Below are positions 1 to 13,784 of a DNA stretch of 64,000 nucleotides, piece by piece. The notes under the pieces were generated by a model. It ran no database searches. It saw only the letters and a program-made list of their open reading frames with translations, and was not told the origin of the DNA. The stretch lies in assembly GCA_965644265.1 (NCBI GenBank), contig OZ286475.1, positions 66,650,001-66,714,000 on the forward strand. The letters are read 5' to 3'. Position numbers and translations under genes: made by a program. Position 1 is the stretch's first letter, and every line of letters starts with the position of its first letter. This DNA is from Glycera tridactyla. Its lineage: Eukaryota.

Positions 1-172
1 GGACTAAACATAAACCACCGTACTACACTACTATGGTATGGTTGGTTGAAATGTTGGGCTACATTATGGGTCAATTGTTCGTTCGTTATGAACCTCCAAT
101 GTGTGCAGAATTCTGTCATTCTATGCAATATATCAGAGTGCTTGATCTGCATGTGACATTGATTTATATGTA

Positions 173-349
173 CAGTCGAACCTCCCCCAAAAACCACCTC
201 TCTATAAAGATCACCTCTCTATGAAAGCCATCCTGAGCTGTGACCATGGTGGTATTTTCAACAGTAAATGACCTCTCTATGAAGACCACCTCCCTATAAA
301 GGCAACTTTTCTATGCGACCGAAGGTGGCCTTTATTGAGAGTTCGTCTG
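173..349. mobile_element. MITE, Tc1/pogo-type, family A
   Basis: Starts TA-CAGTCGAACC and ends GAGTTCGTCTG-T (imperfect TIR); body aligns to the reverse complement of 21577-21755. Confidence 0.65.
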
Positions 350-372
350 TTTTATCAATAACCCAAACGACG

Positions 373-2168
373 TTGGAGGAGGAATTCGACCACAGGTCTC
401 AGCAGAAATATCAGACTATGTCTGACCGCCTGTATATCTATAACCATAACCAAAGTGGAGGATGTATTCGACCTTAGGTCTCGGCAGAAATATCAGACTT
501 TGTCCAACCGCCTGTATATCCATAACCATAACCACACGGTAGGATGGATTCGATCACAGGTCTCAGCAAAAATATCAGACTATGTCTGACTACCTGTATC
601 TCCATAACCATAACCACATTGGAGGATGAATTCGACCACAGGTCTCAGCAGAAATATCAGACTATGTCTGATCACCTGTATATCCATAACCATAACCACA
701 TTGGAGGATGAATTCGACCATAGGTCTCAGCAGAAATATCAGACTATGTCTGACCCCACCTGTATATCTATAACCATAACCACATTGGAGGATGAATCCG
801 ACCACAGGTCTCAGCAGAAATATCAGACTATGTCTGACCCCACCTGTATATCTATAACCATAACCACATTAGAGGATGAATTCGACCACAGGTCTCAGCA
901 GAAATATCAGACTATGTCTGACCCCACCTGTATATCTATAACCATGACCACATTAGAGGATGAATTCGACCACAGGTCTCAGCAGAAATATCAGACTATG
1001 TCTGATCACCTGTATATCCATAACCATAACCATATTGGAGGATGAATTCGACCATAGGTCTCAGCAGCAATATCAGACTATGTCTGACCCCACCTGTATA
1101 TCTATAACCATAACCATATTGGAGGATGAATTCGACCATAGGTCTCAGCAGCAATATCAGACTATGTCTGATCACCTGTATATCCATAACCATAACCATA
1201 TTGGAGGATGAATTCGACCATAGGTCTCAGCAGCAATATCAGACTATGTCTGACCCCACCTGTATATCTATAACCATAACCATATTGGAGGATGAATTCG
1301 ACCATAGGTCTCAGCAGAAATATCAGACTATGTCTACCACCTGTATATCCATTACCATAACCACATTAGAGGATGAATTCGACCACAGGTCTCAGCAGAA
1401 ATATCAGACTATGTCTGATCACCTGTATATCTATAACCATAACCATATTGGAGGATGAATTCGACCATAGGTCTCAGCAGCAATATCAGACTATGTCTGA
1501 TCACCTGTATATCCATAACCATAACCACATTGGAGGATGAATTCGATCACAGGTCTCAGCAGAAATATCAGACTATGTCTGACTACCTGTATATCCATTA
1601 CCATAACCACATTAGAGGATGAATTCGACCACAGGTCTCAGCAGAAATATCAGACTATGTCTGACCCCACCTGTATATCTATAACCATAACCACATTGGA
1701 GGATGAATTCGACCACAGGTCTCAGCAGAAATATCAGACTATGTCTGACCCCACCTGTATATCTATAACCATAACCACATTGGAGGATGAATTCGACCAT
1801 AGGTCTCAGCAGAAATATCAGACTATGTCTGACCCCACCTGTATATCTATAACCATAACCACATTGGAGGATGAATTCGACCACAGGTCTCAGCAGAAAT
1901 ATCAGACTATGTCTACCACCTGTATATCCATAACCATAACCACATTGGAGGATGAATCCGACCACAGGTCTCAGCAGAAATATCAGCCTATGTCTGATCA
2001 CCTGTATATCCATAACCATAACCACATTGGGGGATGAATTCGACCACAGGTCTCAGCAGAAATATCAGACTATGTCTACCACCTGTATATCCATAACCAT
2101 AACCACATTGGAGAGGGAATCCGACCACAGGTCTTAGCAGAAATATCAGACTATGTCTGATCACCTGT
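373..2168. repeat. Tandem minisatellite, ~22 units of 81-84 bp
   Basis: Unit GGAGGATGAATTCGACCACAGGTCTCAGCAGAAATATCAGACTATGTCTGA(CCC/T)CACCTGTATATCYATAACCATAACCACATT; 81, 82 and 84 bp variants. Confidence 0.95.
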
Positions 2169-3449
2169 AACCAATTGTATGTACTCGTGTCACCAAAACC
2201 TGATATCACCTCATGGTAAATCAATGCTTGGGCCTCAACATGATTATTGTCCCAGGCCAGAGAGGCTCGAGTCTGATAGGCCCGTCAGGGGCCGGTGGCA
2301 AAGTATTAGTTGTATGATTGATCTTGATGTGAATATTCTCCACTCTGCCTTGAAACATGTTCGACTGTACTGTCAACAACTCGTCAATAAAGAAATTGGT
2401 GATTGTTATTTGTTAATTGTTAAGATTATTCCATTGTCTATCTATCGAGATTCTTCTCTTCTCACAGATGAGTGTGGTACACACAATATTGCGTTGCCGG
2501 AGAATGGAGCTTTTTGCAATGCAAGTTCCCAGATGGCGCCAGGTACAGCCTGTGAGAAAGCCCTCGATGGTGTGACCGAGATGTGACATGAATGGGTCAC
2601 TTATTTCGAAGGTGTTGGTTCCTGGTTCCAAGTGATTTTCACCTGGAAATATATGTGAGTTATTCGATGCCATTTTAATACTACATTGTCTACATGATAC
2701 TCACGGAATTTCGAAAGATATTCAAACAGATCAGAATAATACCACATTATATGTCATGAGAAACACCTTAAGGTACTTTCGGCCCTCATTCCTCCTACAT
2801 CACCCTGCCCCATTTCCCATATAGAAATTTTGCTGCTGTCTTGATATGTATTGCATTGTATCCGAACACACCATGAGGATGTTTTGGGCAATTGTGGTTT
2901 CATGTGAAGTGAAAAATTGATTTAAATCAATTCAGATAAGGAAAACGAAGAAAAAGATATATATGTCTATACAAGCAGTATGTGAAATCTCGGAGCACTC
3001 ACTTTGATCGACGTCCACATTGTGTCTGCATAGCATCTACCGCAGCTTCGTTACATCATCCTTTTCGAATCATTCATCTCCTTTCAGAAACCGTAATAAT
3101 CAAATACAAGATCGTATCCATTTGAGAGTACAACACATCGTATATCTGTATGGAGCCATAGATAGGTCTCTGGTATATTGCTGTCCATAACAGAATAGCT
3201 ATTATTGAAATGAGACTCACTTTGAGATTCTGTTGCTGTTACTTACCCCCTTCTATGTCATTATTCATGAAGTACTGGAGAGGAATGCAAATTGTGCAAC
3301 TAACTGTATTATTCGTTAAAAAAATTGATATATCACACATCACGAACCAAACAAATTTGTCGCCATCCTCGCTCTTTTAATCCAGCCACTCAGAACCGCC
3401 CAGAATACACCATCGCTAAGCATACACACTTCCCTCATCCCTCAGACAT

Positions 3450-3648
3450 TATAGCAAGACTATATAGCCGTGAAGTGAAAGTGCAATAACAAACAAGTTA
3501 GTATTGCATTCTTACATCATGGTCATATAGTCTTGCTTTTATCACATGGAGTGAAATTGTGAAAAAGTAGCTCTCATCCAGCTGTGAAGTATCACTAGAA
3601 ACACTCAACACCTGATATTTCACTGAAAAGATCACATCCATGTGATAA
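3450..3648 (+). mobile_element. Non-autonomous hairpin element, family H1 (hairpin centre deleted)
   Basis: TATAGCAAGACTATA...TATAGTCTTGC followed by TTATCACATGGA...TCCATGTGATAA; homologous copies at 20043, 32540, 32917, 42710. Confidence 0.8.
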
Positions 3649-3882
3649 TTGGAGCCAAAATGTCTGACAGAGTTGATTGATTGACCAAACAGGATATTCA
3701 AATCCAAATTCAAATTTAAATGATGATGATATGAGAACTTCCGAGGTCAGATAGATATCAAAGTAGGCCGAAGTTTACTGAGCATTATTTCAAGAAAGGA
3801 TCTACTATGCAGTCATCTTAAAACATTACTTTTCCGAATCACCCATTCGAATCATAAATTTAACTCTCCTTCCTCAGGGTGC

Positions 3883-3950
3883 CTGCCTTGGTGGCTCAGT
3901 TGTGGGCCGGCGTGCCATTGGTATGGGGTTCTATCCCCAGTCTTACCATG
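3883..3950 (+). mobile_element. Possible tRNA-derived SINE head
   Basis: A-box-like TGGCTCAGTTG and B-box-like GGTTCTATCCC with tRNA-like spacing; no full cloverleaf. Confidence 0.3.
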
Positions 3951-4149
3951 CAGGAACGATTCACCCTTCATCTTTACTCCTTCTAGGCAGGTGGTCTGAT
4001 TTAGCCTACACAAGTGCAGAAAGTGGACCTGAATCCTTGACATTTCATTTTTTTCTCTGTTTTTTTTCAAAGAACAGATTGAGGTGCAGCACCCTTTATT
4101 TGCAGGATAGAAATAGGTCGGCTGATGCAGCGCTGGTCGAGAACGGAGT

Positions 4150-4225
4150 GTTTTTTTGTTTGTTTTGTTGGGGGTTTAACGTCACGTCAGCTCCATTTGG
4201 GCTATATTGTGACGCCCATGCGTCG
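4150..4225. repeat. Interspersed repeat fragment (SINE-end-like)
   Basis: GTTTAACGTCACGTCAGCTCCAT..GCTATATTGTGACGCCCATGC recurs at ~42145-42215. Confidence 0.5.
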
Positions 4226-4614
4226 TGGTCGTGGTGGTTAAAAGGAGAATTATGATAATATCATTAATAATCATAATAGTAAACATCATGTAAACGTAGT
4301 AAACATGGAATTGAAGTCCATCTAGACATCAGGTTCCTGCGATAATAAGATAATGGTACCAATGACTATGATGAAGATAATGACAATGAAGATGAAGTGA
4401 AAGTGATATGAATGTTGTAAAACTTTGCAGCTTCAGCTTGTTCCCTGTCCTGGTCGTCGCAGTTATGATCCTGCTGGGAAAGTCTGGAATCCAATCATAT
4501 TCTCTCCCTAGGCTCTGACAAGAACGATCCACATCGAAGTACTCAGTGAATACAATCATGTTCGTAATGGCATAATGCAGTTGGACATTTTCCATCTACC
4601 AGGTAAGAGATCAC

Positions 4615-5115
4615 TGACATCGTCATTATCATCATCATCATCAGCATCAGCAGCAACAACAACAAAAACGACAACAACAGCAGCAGAAGTAGAATCAGTA
4701 GCACCATCATCAACAACAACAATAAGGACCACAACAACAATCACAACATCATCACCATCATCATCATGGTCGATATCACCACCATTACCGCCATCGCCAC
4801 CATTGCCATTGTCGACACCCCAACGCCGCCATCCCTACCACCATCATCATCATTTTTGTTATTGGTGCTGTCATTTTTGTTTTTGTTCTTGTTCTATCCT
4901 CATCATCATTAGGAGCACGATTGTGGTCATTAGTGTTCTCAACATCATCATTACTGATATCACAGTTTTTTTCATTGTTATCATCATCATAATCATTTCA
5001 TCATTATCATTATTATTGTTATTATTATTATTAATATAATTAGCGTCAACATTATTATCACCGCCATCATTAATTATATCATCATCACTATTTTCATCAT
5101 CAATATCATCTTCAT
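4615..5115. repeat. Trinucleotide low-complexity tract (CAT/CAA/CAG/ATT)
   Basis: Runs of ATC, AAC, AGC and ATT triplets. Confidence 0.9.
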
Positions 5116-5404
5116 CCACAGTATAAGCCATTATGACTTTGTAACTTATGAACTGTTTCTGGACGGTGTATGGATTCCATAACATTGTCAATAAGATGTC
5201 TGTATCCTTCTGATACTGGGAATATTCTGCTGGCATTTTCTTTGTTTCAGGAGTCTTCATCAGGCAGGCGAGCAAGTTTATCATGACAAAAAACCAGTTC
5301 TTTACAGGCACTACAAATACGACGCTCCATGTACCAGAAATAGAAGATTGTGCAATCGCCTGCCTCTCGACATCATCCTGTATTGAGATGAGCTACATCG
5401 AGGA

Positions 5405-5616
5405 GCTCTCCAGGTGCTGTCTCTCCTTTACAGGATGAATTCCAACTTGGACACTGAACACACTCATGAACAAACACACTCGCACACACACCAACACACA
5501 CACACATGCACAGGTGATGTATCTCCTTCACAGGATGAATTCCAACATGAACACTAAACACACTCATAAACAAACACACTCGCACGCACACCAACACACA
5601 CACACACAAACACAAG

Positions 5617-5649
<33 letters not shown>

Positions 5650-5849
5650 TGTCTCTCCTTCACAGGATAAATATCAACATGAGCACCATACCCACTCATA
5701 AACAAACACACTCGCACACACACCAACACACACAAACACAAACACACACACAAAGGTACTGTCTCTACTTCACAGGATGAATTCCAACATGAACACTAGA
5801 CACACTCATAAACACACATACTTGCACACACACCAACACACAAACATGA

Positions 5850-5881
<32 letters not shown>

Positions 5882-6192
5882 TGTCTCTTCTTCACATAAA
5901 CAAACACAGACTCACACTCACGACAACACACACAAACACACAAAGACACACACATGGATGCTGTCTCTCCTTCTCAGGATGAATTCCAACATGAACACTG
6001 AACACACTCATAAACAAACATACTTGCACCAACACACACACAAACACAAGCACAAGCACAAACACGCACACACACACACACACACACAGGTGCTGTCTCT
6101 CCTTCACAGAATGAATTCCAACATGGACACTTAACACACTCATAAACACACTCGCACACACACACCAACACACACCAATACACACAAACACA

Positions 6193-6237
<45 letters not shown>

Positions 6238-6339
6238 AGGTGCTGTCTCTCCTTCACAGGATGGATTCCAACATGGACACTTAACACACTCATAAACACA
6301 CTCGCAGACAAACCAACACACACAAACACGAGCACACAC

Positions 6340-6383
<44 letters not shown>

Positions 6384-6449
6384 TGTCTCTCCTTCACAGG
6401 ATGAATTCCAACATGGACACTTAACACACTCATAAACACACTCGCACAC
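5405..6449. repeat. CA-rich compound minisatellite, left block
   Basis: Conserved core CAGGTGCTGTCTCTCCTTCACAGGATGAATTCCAACATG.ACACT.AACACACTCATAAAC separated by variable (CA)n tracts. Confidence 0.95.
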
Positions 6450-6726
6450 TGTTCTGGAGGCCCTCTCTCCAAAACCCTGCTTAACTGGCAGGACACTCCA
6501 TCCAAGTATATCAAAAATACCTAGTGTATAAGGAAACCAAATGTCAAGCTCACTATGTGCATAGCTCTCTCTCTCTGCTGACCAACTGACCAAGTGCCCC
6601 AAGTTTTTCTTCACCCGCTAAGTCTCGCTGAGTAACTTCCGCTGTCCCAAGTAACGCTGCGAGTGACTTCCGGTGGTCGCGTGTATCACCGTTCGCCAAT
6701 TTTTGAAATACAAGGAGTCTGTAACA
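6450..6726 (-). repeat. 3' LTR (277 bp)
   Basis: TGTTCTGG...GTAACA; about 15 substitutions and one 2-bp indel versus the other LTR by manual count; adjacent AGGTGGGAAG on the minus strand. Confidence 0.95.
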
Positions 6727-6982
6727 CTTCCCACCTTGGATAAGCATCCAATAGCTGTACTCTTGGGTTCTCTACATGGAAGAGGAAAGTACATCTGATT
6801 CAGTTCATATCCAGAAAGGTTATACCAACAGAATAAATCCCTATTATCTGTGTTTCACAAAGAAGGAAGTAGATATACATTCTGAAGGGGATCACTGTCC
6901 ATATCAGTCAATTATAAATCCATGTCACAGAACAAACACAAATGATCACTGTCACTATCAGTTCAACACAAACTCTATATGA

Positions 6983-9900
6983 TTATAAGTCCAAACGTAC
7001 GGGCGGTTTAATAGACCGTCCGTAGCGAGAGGCTCTAGGTATGGGAGGCTCTCTGTCGTCCACAGTAATGAATTGCTCTAGCTCATCACTATTCACGACT
7101 GACGCTTCATCTTGCAAAGCAATCCTCTCATCAGGATGATCCCTGATAGGATGGATTTCTTTCTCTTGGGATATCATATCCTTGTCCCTCAATGGAGGGA
7201 CTTCCGGGAAATCAGCGGTTTCAAATAAAGAGGAAGAGGTAGTATTGACTTCAGAGTCATACACCCTCTGTATGGACCTTGTCAATATTCCTTTCGCAGT
7301 CTGGATCTCCACCGAACGCACAAGACTATCCTTCCCAGGAAACACCGTAGTGATGATGCCCAAAGGCCACTTAAGTCTGGGATAACCCTCCGCTTCCACC
7401 AGAACAATAGACCCAACAGACAACTTCCCTCGAGTATCATGATCATTACCGGGAGGCAGATTTCTCAAATATTCCAATTGCCACACCTCCCAAAATCTGT
7501 CTTGCAAGTGCTTCTGAAGTTCTTCTCTAAGAATCATTTGCTGTGATGTTGGAGTAGAAAGGTTTGGATGTTCAGAAGATCTATACCCGGCTCCTTGATT
7601 GATCAAAAAATGGGAGGGGGTTAAAGGGTGACCTGTCTCCAAACTATCTCCAACAAAGGTCAGAGGTCTGGAATTGAGACAGGCTTCGACCTCATGAAGC
7701 ATAGTTTCAAGCTCTGTTCTAGTCAGTAATCATGATCCCAGAGACTTCCTAAGAGCCGACTTGGTGGAACGAACCAGACGCTCCCACCAGCCTCCCCACC
7801 ATGGGGACCTAGGAGCAATGAACTCTGTGGACTCGACGGACCTAATAGAATGGTTAATTGCAGTTGAGCAGCAGTAAATGATTTGGCATTGTCCGAATAG
7901 AACACAGTAGGCAGACCCCTACGAGCAATGAACCGACGAATAGCTAGAACAGTATCTATCGAGGAAAGAGACTCAACCAGCTCTAGATGAACAGCACGCA
8001 CCACGGCACAAGTAAAGAGCAGGATATAAAACTTCTCCTTAGGATGGTCGCAACAATACAGAGGGCCAGCATGATCTAAACCAGTAACAGAAAATGGAGG
8101 GCTCGGTTTTACCCTATTTGCAGGCAATAGAGCCATAGGCTGCTTGCAAAACTGAAGATCTTGCTTCTGACAAGCAATGCACTCCCTTTTCACCCTCTTC
8201 ACCAAACGTCGGAGACCAATAATTCAATAGGAATTGCGGAGAGAAGTGATCAGTGCTTCAACTCCAACATGTTTCATAGCGAGATGTTAAGACCTAACTA
8301 AGAGTAGACTCATGTGACCCTTTAGCAGGATAATAGGATGTTTTTCCTCATAGGAAAGATCAGATAATTGAAGACGGCCCTTCACTCTCAATAGACCATC
8401 TTCCCCTAGTATTGGATTCAGCCAAGCTATAGGCAAACTATTGGGAAGACTACTCCCAGCCTTCAAAGTTCCAAATTCAGAAAAATACTCTTGGCGTTGT
8501 GTGTGAAAAATAAGTACATGTTGAGCTTTACGTAATTCTTCACTAGAGAGAGCTCCCAGATGGCGTTTAGATGGATCCTGACAAAAATTATGAATGAACC
8601 TGAGTATCCAACCAATGACCCGTAGAGCCTTCGACAAAGAACTCCTACTCAAGACATCTATCACAGGCAATGGCTGGATTTTCTTCACAGTGGTCAGAGA
8701 AACAGAAGTCGCTAATTCATCGAGCATGTTTGAAGAATCCTTCAAAGGAGGCTCTTTCACATCACCTCTTTCAAAAAGGGGTTCCGGGCCTCTCAACCAT
8801 AAAGTGCTATGAATGAGCTCAGCAGCAGAAATACCAGAAGTGACTAGATCGGCAGGATTATCCTTTCCTGGACAATGGTGCCAATGGGATTGATCAACCA
8901 ACTCTTGTATTTGAACTACACGACTCCTCACAAACGTCTTCCACTTACAAGGATCACTTCAAATCCACGCGAGGACCACCATAGAATCTGTCCAACAAGA
9001 AATGCTCACATTATCCGGAAGTTTCAGAGCCTGTTTGACCAAACCCACGAGATGAGCACACAACAATGCCCCTAATAACTCCAGACCTGGAAGAGTGACA
9101 GGTTTGAGGGGAGAGACACGAGCCTTCGATATTATTAGTGAGGAATGAACTGTACCTACTCTGCTATGAACCCTCAAATACACACAAGCCCCATATCCTC
9201 TTTCTGAGGCATCCCCAAACCCATGAATCTCTATCAGAGAGCAATCATGCCAACTAAGGTTGGTATACCGGCGAGGTATGAGCCAATGGCTCAAATCATG
9301 AAAGCCACGTAACCAAGATGAGAAAACATCAATCAGATCTTTGGGCAAAGACACATCCCAGCCCAAATCGAGTCTCCATAAATCTTGAAACAGACATTTG
9401 GCCCCCATGACAAAGGGCGTGAGGAAACCAAGGGGGTCAAATATCCTCGCTATAAAACTCAACACCACTCGTTTGGTGACACGCAAGCAGTCAGGTAGAT
9501 CAATAGTCTCAAACGAAAAAGAATCTTCAAGGACCAACCACTTGAGGCCCAAAACTTTGATGGAATCAGAATCCTGATACTTCCCATCCCATTCATGGTA
9601 AAGTTTGGCGTTGACTTTACCACTGTTCGATCCCATCTGACAAGCTTCCTGATCATCATCCGCCCCTGACAACCAGTCGTCCACATAGAGATTCTCGGAT
9701 AATTCGTTCACAACTCTGGAAGGAGCAAAACCTTGTAGATGGGAATTGATAGTTGCATTCAATAAGAAGGGACTACTTTCATTGCCAAAGGGAACTCTTG
9801 TGAACCTCATGATCCTGGTGTGATTACTATCTTTAAGAAGAAATCTGTGGACATCCCTATCCTTTCGATGGACCCCAACCTGGAGAAAGGCCTTAGTAAT

Positions 9901-10983
9901 GTCGGCAGTCAGAGCCACCTTCCATCTACGAAATCTTATCAAGATTTCAGAGAGATTAGGTAACAAGCGAGGACCCGTTTCTAAACAATCATTGAGCGAA
10001 ACACCATTGTATCCCGCTGCCGAAGCGTCAAAGACAGGCCGAATTTTGGTCGAAACACTCGCTTCCTTGATGACAGGTCAATGAGGCATATAATAGACCG
10101 GATAGGAAGTAACAATTTCCTCAGAAGGAACCTCTTCAACAGTGCCCTCATCCTCCAACTGTGAGAAAACCTCCTAATAACGCATAGCCAACTCGGGGAC
10201 CTTTTCCAATCTGGAAGTTAAACAATCCAAACGTTTTCGGGCGAGTTTCTCGTTATTCAATAACTTGTCACACTTTTCCTTCCAAGGCAAACCAACGACA
10301 TAACGCCCTTCAGTAAATCTAAGCTCATCTTTGAAAGAAAGCCACACTGGGTTTGGAATGGGAGTTTCCTGGACAACAAGACCTTCCGGACCCTGCACCA
10401 TACCTGGCTGAACCAACTGCCAATAGTAGTCCAAACCAAGAAGGATATCAATGGTCAAATGTCCGCCATCTCCTTGTGCATCAACAAATGTTAAATTATT
10501 GAAAGACTCCTTCAAATTTGAGGAAATTTGCGGCTGATACACGTCAGCACAAATCACTGGAACTTAGGTGGCTTGAATGGCATGACTCCTCCCTTGGTGT
10601 CCGACCAAGTCAACTTCAAATATGTTCCGTAATTCCAAAGAACTAGGTTGGGTGCTCCCGAAAGCTGAATAAGCCACCGATTGGGAACCAACCCAAGAAG
10701 GCTTAACATCCTCCACCAGCTTTCGAGCAATGTATGTTCGATCCGAACCTGTGTCAAATAAGACAGTGGCAGTGGAGAACCCATTTTTCCCGTGAATACG
10801 CACCTGAGCAGTTTGCAAAACAACTTGTGATTGTTGGGTAACCTTAGATAACCCAACATGAGAAATGGTGGTGGTCGACGAGTGAACCAATTGTGAACTA
10901 CCCTGGCAAATAATAATATGATGACAACCTTTGCATCTGGCACATGAATGGTTACAAGCTCTGGCAATATGTCCGTGTCCCAA
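6983..10983 (-). pseudogene. BEL/Pao pol fragments (protease, RT, RNase H, integrase, C-terminal DUF5641-like region)
   Basis: LFDTGSDRTYI; ALTADITKAFLQV and LYVDDW; HGFGDASERGYGACVY and WTDS; GLDHAGP, SDNA, EVEACLNSRPLT, FWEVWQLEYL; split by frameshifts, stops and deletions. Confidence 0.93.
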
Positions 10984-10986
10984 ACA

Positions 10987-12066
10987 TCAGAAGCATAGAC
11001 CAGCTTCATATATTCTATCCTTTATTTCTGAGATAGGTAGGCCCAACAAATCTTTGCATGCGCTGGAGAGGTGATGTTTCTGACAAAACCCACACTGGCC
11101 CTTGGAAGATGTATATAATGCAGAAGCAGAGCCAAAGGAGGAAGGAGTACTTTCTGCATTTACAACCTGGGAAGAATCACCGAAAACCTCTTGGAAAGAC
11201 TGAGAACGCTCTCGGCGTTGAATTTCCTTAACAAGAAAAACCATCAACCACTCTAAATCACTTTCATGACCCTGACCCTCTCTAGCCCACTCTAAACGAA
11301 TATCTTGAGGTAACCGAGAGAGAATAAGAGGAGTTAGTACCACCCCATACTGGTCCCCCTTTACTTCCAAAGTCTCCAGACTTCTGACATGAGCTTTCAA
11401 ATCATCACAAAGAGACCACAGAGTTTGTACAGTAGACTGAACGGAGGGAACAGCTATACTCAGAAGATCTTGAATATGTTGGAAAATTATTCTCTCCGTG
11501 CGCCCAAATCTCTCTTTCAAAATGTCACATGCCGTACCGTGATTAACAGATGTTAAAGATAAACCTTGAATGGCCAACTTGGCCTCGCCACTGAGTAAAG
11601 ACCTTCGATAAGTAAACTTATTAATCACAGGGATATCAGACTCATCAATGACGGCGACGAACTGGTCCCAAAATGATGGCCATTCAACAACATTTCCGGC
11701 GAATGAAGGCAACTCCAATTTGGGTAATTTCACATCCATAGAACCGCTCGAAGATGACTCAACATCCTGTTCTGCACTTTGCTCAAGCTCCTTGATACGT
11801 TTGGCTGCTTTGATTCTCGGCACTCTCACCTTCTCTCGAAAAGCAGCCGCAACATCGATATCCACTTCAATTTTATCCTCCTCTATATCCAACTCCACTT
11901 GAGTCTGAGCCTCATCCAAGGTCCCCAAACGATTATCGAATTCATCCATCGCATCCCTTAACTCGACTAAGTCCACATTATCATCTAAACATAAAGTCTC
12001 CAGTTTTTTTGAAGCTTGGGTAACCCAACCCTTGCTGGCAATACATGCCTTAATTGATGATGTCAT
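10987..12066 (-). pseudogene. BEL/Pao gag (DUF1759-like region plus Zn knuckles)
   Basis: ATG at 12066 (MTSSIK); LPKLELPSFAGNVVEWPSFWDQF...LKERFG; CGFCQKHHLSSAC; further knuckles after a frameshift. Confidence 0.9.
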
Positions 12067-12233
12067 TATCCTTGTAGATAATCCAGGTAAAAGGCAATAC
12101 CAATGGTTCAAATGACACCAAAGCACAAGTGCACGAGTAAGACAGTTAGTCCTTGAAAACTGCCAGTCATTTAAACTAATCGATAATATGGAAGTTCCAA
12201 CCAACACCACTGAAACATCCTCCCTTCCAAATG

Positions 12234-12251
12234 TCCCGGGTTCCGGCACCA
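12234..12251 (-). promoter_or_regulatory. Primer-binding site, tRNA-Phe-like
   Basis: Minus strand TGGTGCCGGAACCCGGGA, 2 nt inside the 5' LTR; 17/18 complementary to the 3' end of eukaryotic tRNA-Phe as recalled (TCCCGGGTTTCGGCACCA). Confidence 0.75.
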
Positions 12252-12253
12252 AA

Positions 12254-12528
12254 TGTTCTGGAGGCCCTCTCTCCAAAACCCTGCTTAACTGGCAGGACAC
12301 TCAATCCAAGTATATCAAAAATACCAAGTGTATAGGGAAACCAAATGTCAAGCTCACCATCTGCATAGCTCTCTCTCTGCTGACCAACTGACCAAGTGCC
12401 CCAAGTTTTCCCCCACCCGCTAAGTCTCGCTGAGTCACTTCCGCTGTCCCAAGTAACGCCGCAAGTGACTTCCGGTGGTCGCGTGTATCACCGTTCGCCA
12501 ATTTTCGAAATCCGAGGAGTCGGTAACA
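12254..12528 (-). repeat. 5' LTR (275 bp)
   Basis: Direct repeat of 6450-6726. Confidence 0.95.
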
Positions 12529-13014
12529 GACACAAACCAACACCCATCCACACACACAAACACAAGCACACACACACACACACAGGTGCTGTCTCTCCTT
12601 CACAGGATGAATATCAACATGAGCACCATACCCACTCATAAACAAACACACTCGCACACACACAAACACACACAAACACACACACACACACACAGGTACT
12701 GTCTCTACTTCACAGGATGAATTCCAACATGAACACTAAACACACTCATAAACACACATACTTGCACACACACCAACACACAAACATGAACACACGCATA
12801 CACGCACACACACACACACACACACACAGGTGCTGTCTTTTCTTCACATAAACAAACACACACTCGCACACACACCAACAACACACAAACGCACACACAC
12901 ACGCACATGGATGCTGTCTCTTCTTCTCAGGATGAATTCCAACATGAACACTGAACACACTCATAAAACAAACATACTTGCACACACACCAACACACACA
13001 CAAACACAAGCACA

Positions 13015-13065
<51 letters not shown>

Positions 13066-13753
13066 TGTCTCTCCTTCACAGGATGAATTCCGACATGGAC
13101 ACTTAACACACTCATGAACACACGCGCACACAAACCAACACACAAAAACACGAGCACACACACACGCACACACACACACATGCACACACACACCCACACA
13201 CAGACGCTGTCTCTCCTTCACAGGATGAATACAGGATGAATATCAACATGAACACTAAACACACTCATAAAAAACACACTCGCACACACATCAACACACA
13301 CAAACACACACACACACACACAGGTACTGTCTCTACTTCACAGGATGAATTCCAACATGAACACTAAACACACTCATAAACACACATACTTGCACACACA
13401 CCAACACACAAACATGAACACACGCATACACGCACACACACACACACACACACACAGGTGCTGTCTTTTCTTCACATAAACAAACACACACTCGCACACA
13501 CACCAACACACACAAACACACACACACAGGTGCTTTCTCTCCTCCACAGGATGGATATCAACATGAACATTTAACACACTCATAAACACACTTGCACACA
13601 CACCAACACACACACAAACACAAGCACATGCACACGCACACACGCACACACACACACACAGATGCTGTCTCTCCTTCACATAATGAATTCCACCATGGAC
13701 ACTTAACACACTCATAAATACACTCGCGCACACACCAACACACACAAACACGA

Positions 13754-13784
<31 letters not shown>

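Larger units (their letters stand above)
6450..12528 (-). mobile_element. BEL/Pao LTR retrotransposon with both LTRs and a decayed interior
   Basis: Two TG..CA LTRs, PBS, PPT-like purine tract, and gag-PR-RT-RH-IN order with BEL-specific motifs; flanks CACAC/GACAC (5-bp TSD, 1 mismatch). Confidence 0.97.

Noticed and set aside
373-2168. CRISPR-like regular repeat
   Set aside because: Units are contiguous with no unique spacers, there are no cas genes, and the context is eukaryotic; it is a VNTR
2220-2673. Minus-strand ~150-codon stretch with one stop (MASNNSHIF...)
   Set aside because: No recognisable domain or convincing splice structure
3883-3950. Functional tRNA gene
   Set aside because: A and B boxes only; no acceptor stem or cloverleaf; at best a SINE head
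4543-5311. Poly-S/T/I/D ORFs
   Set aside because: By-products of trinucleotide low complexity
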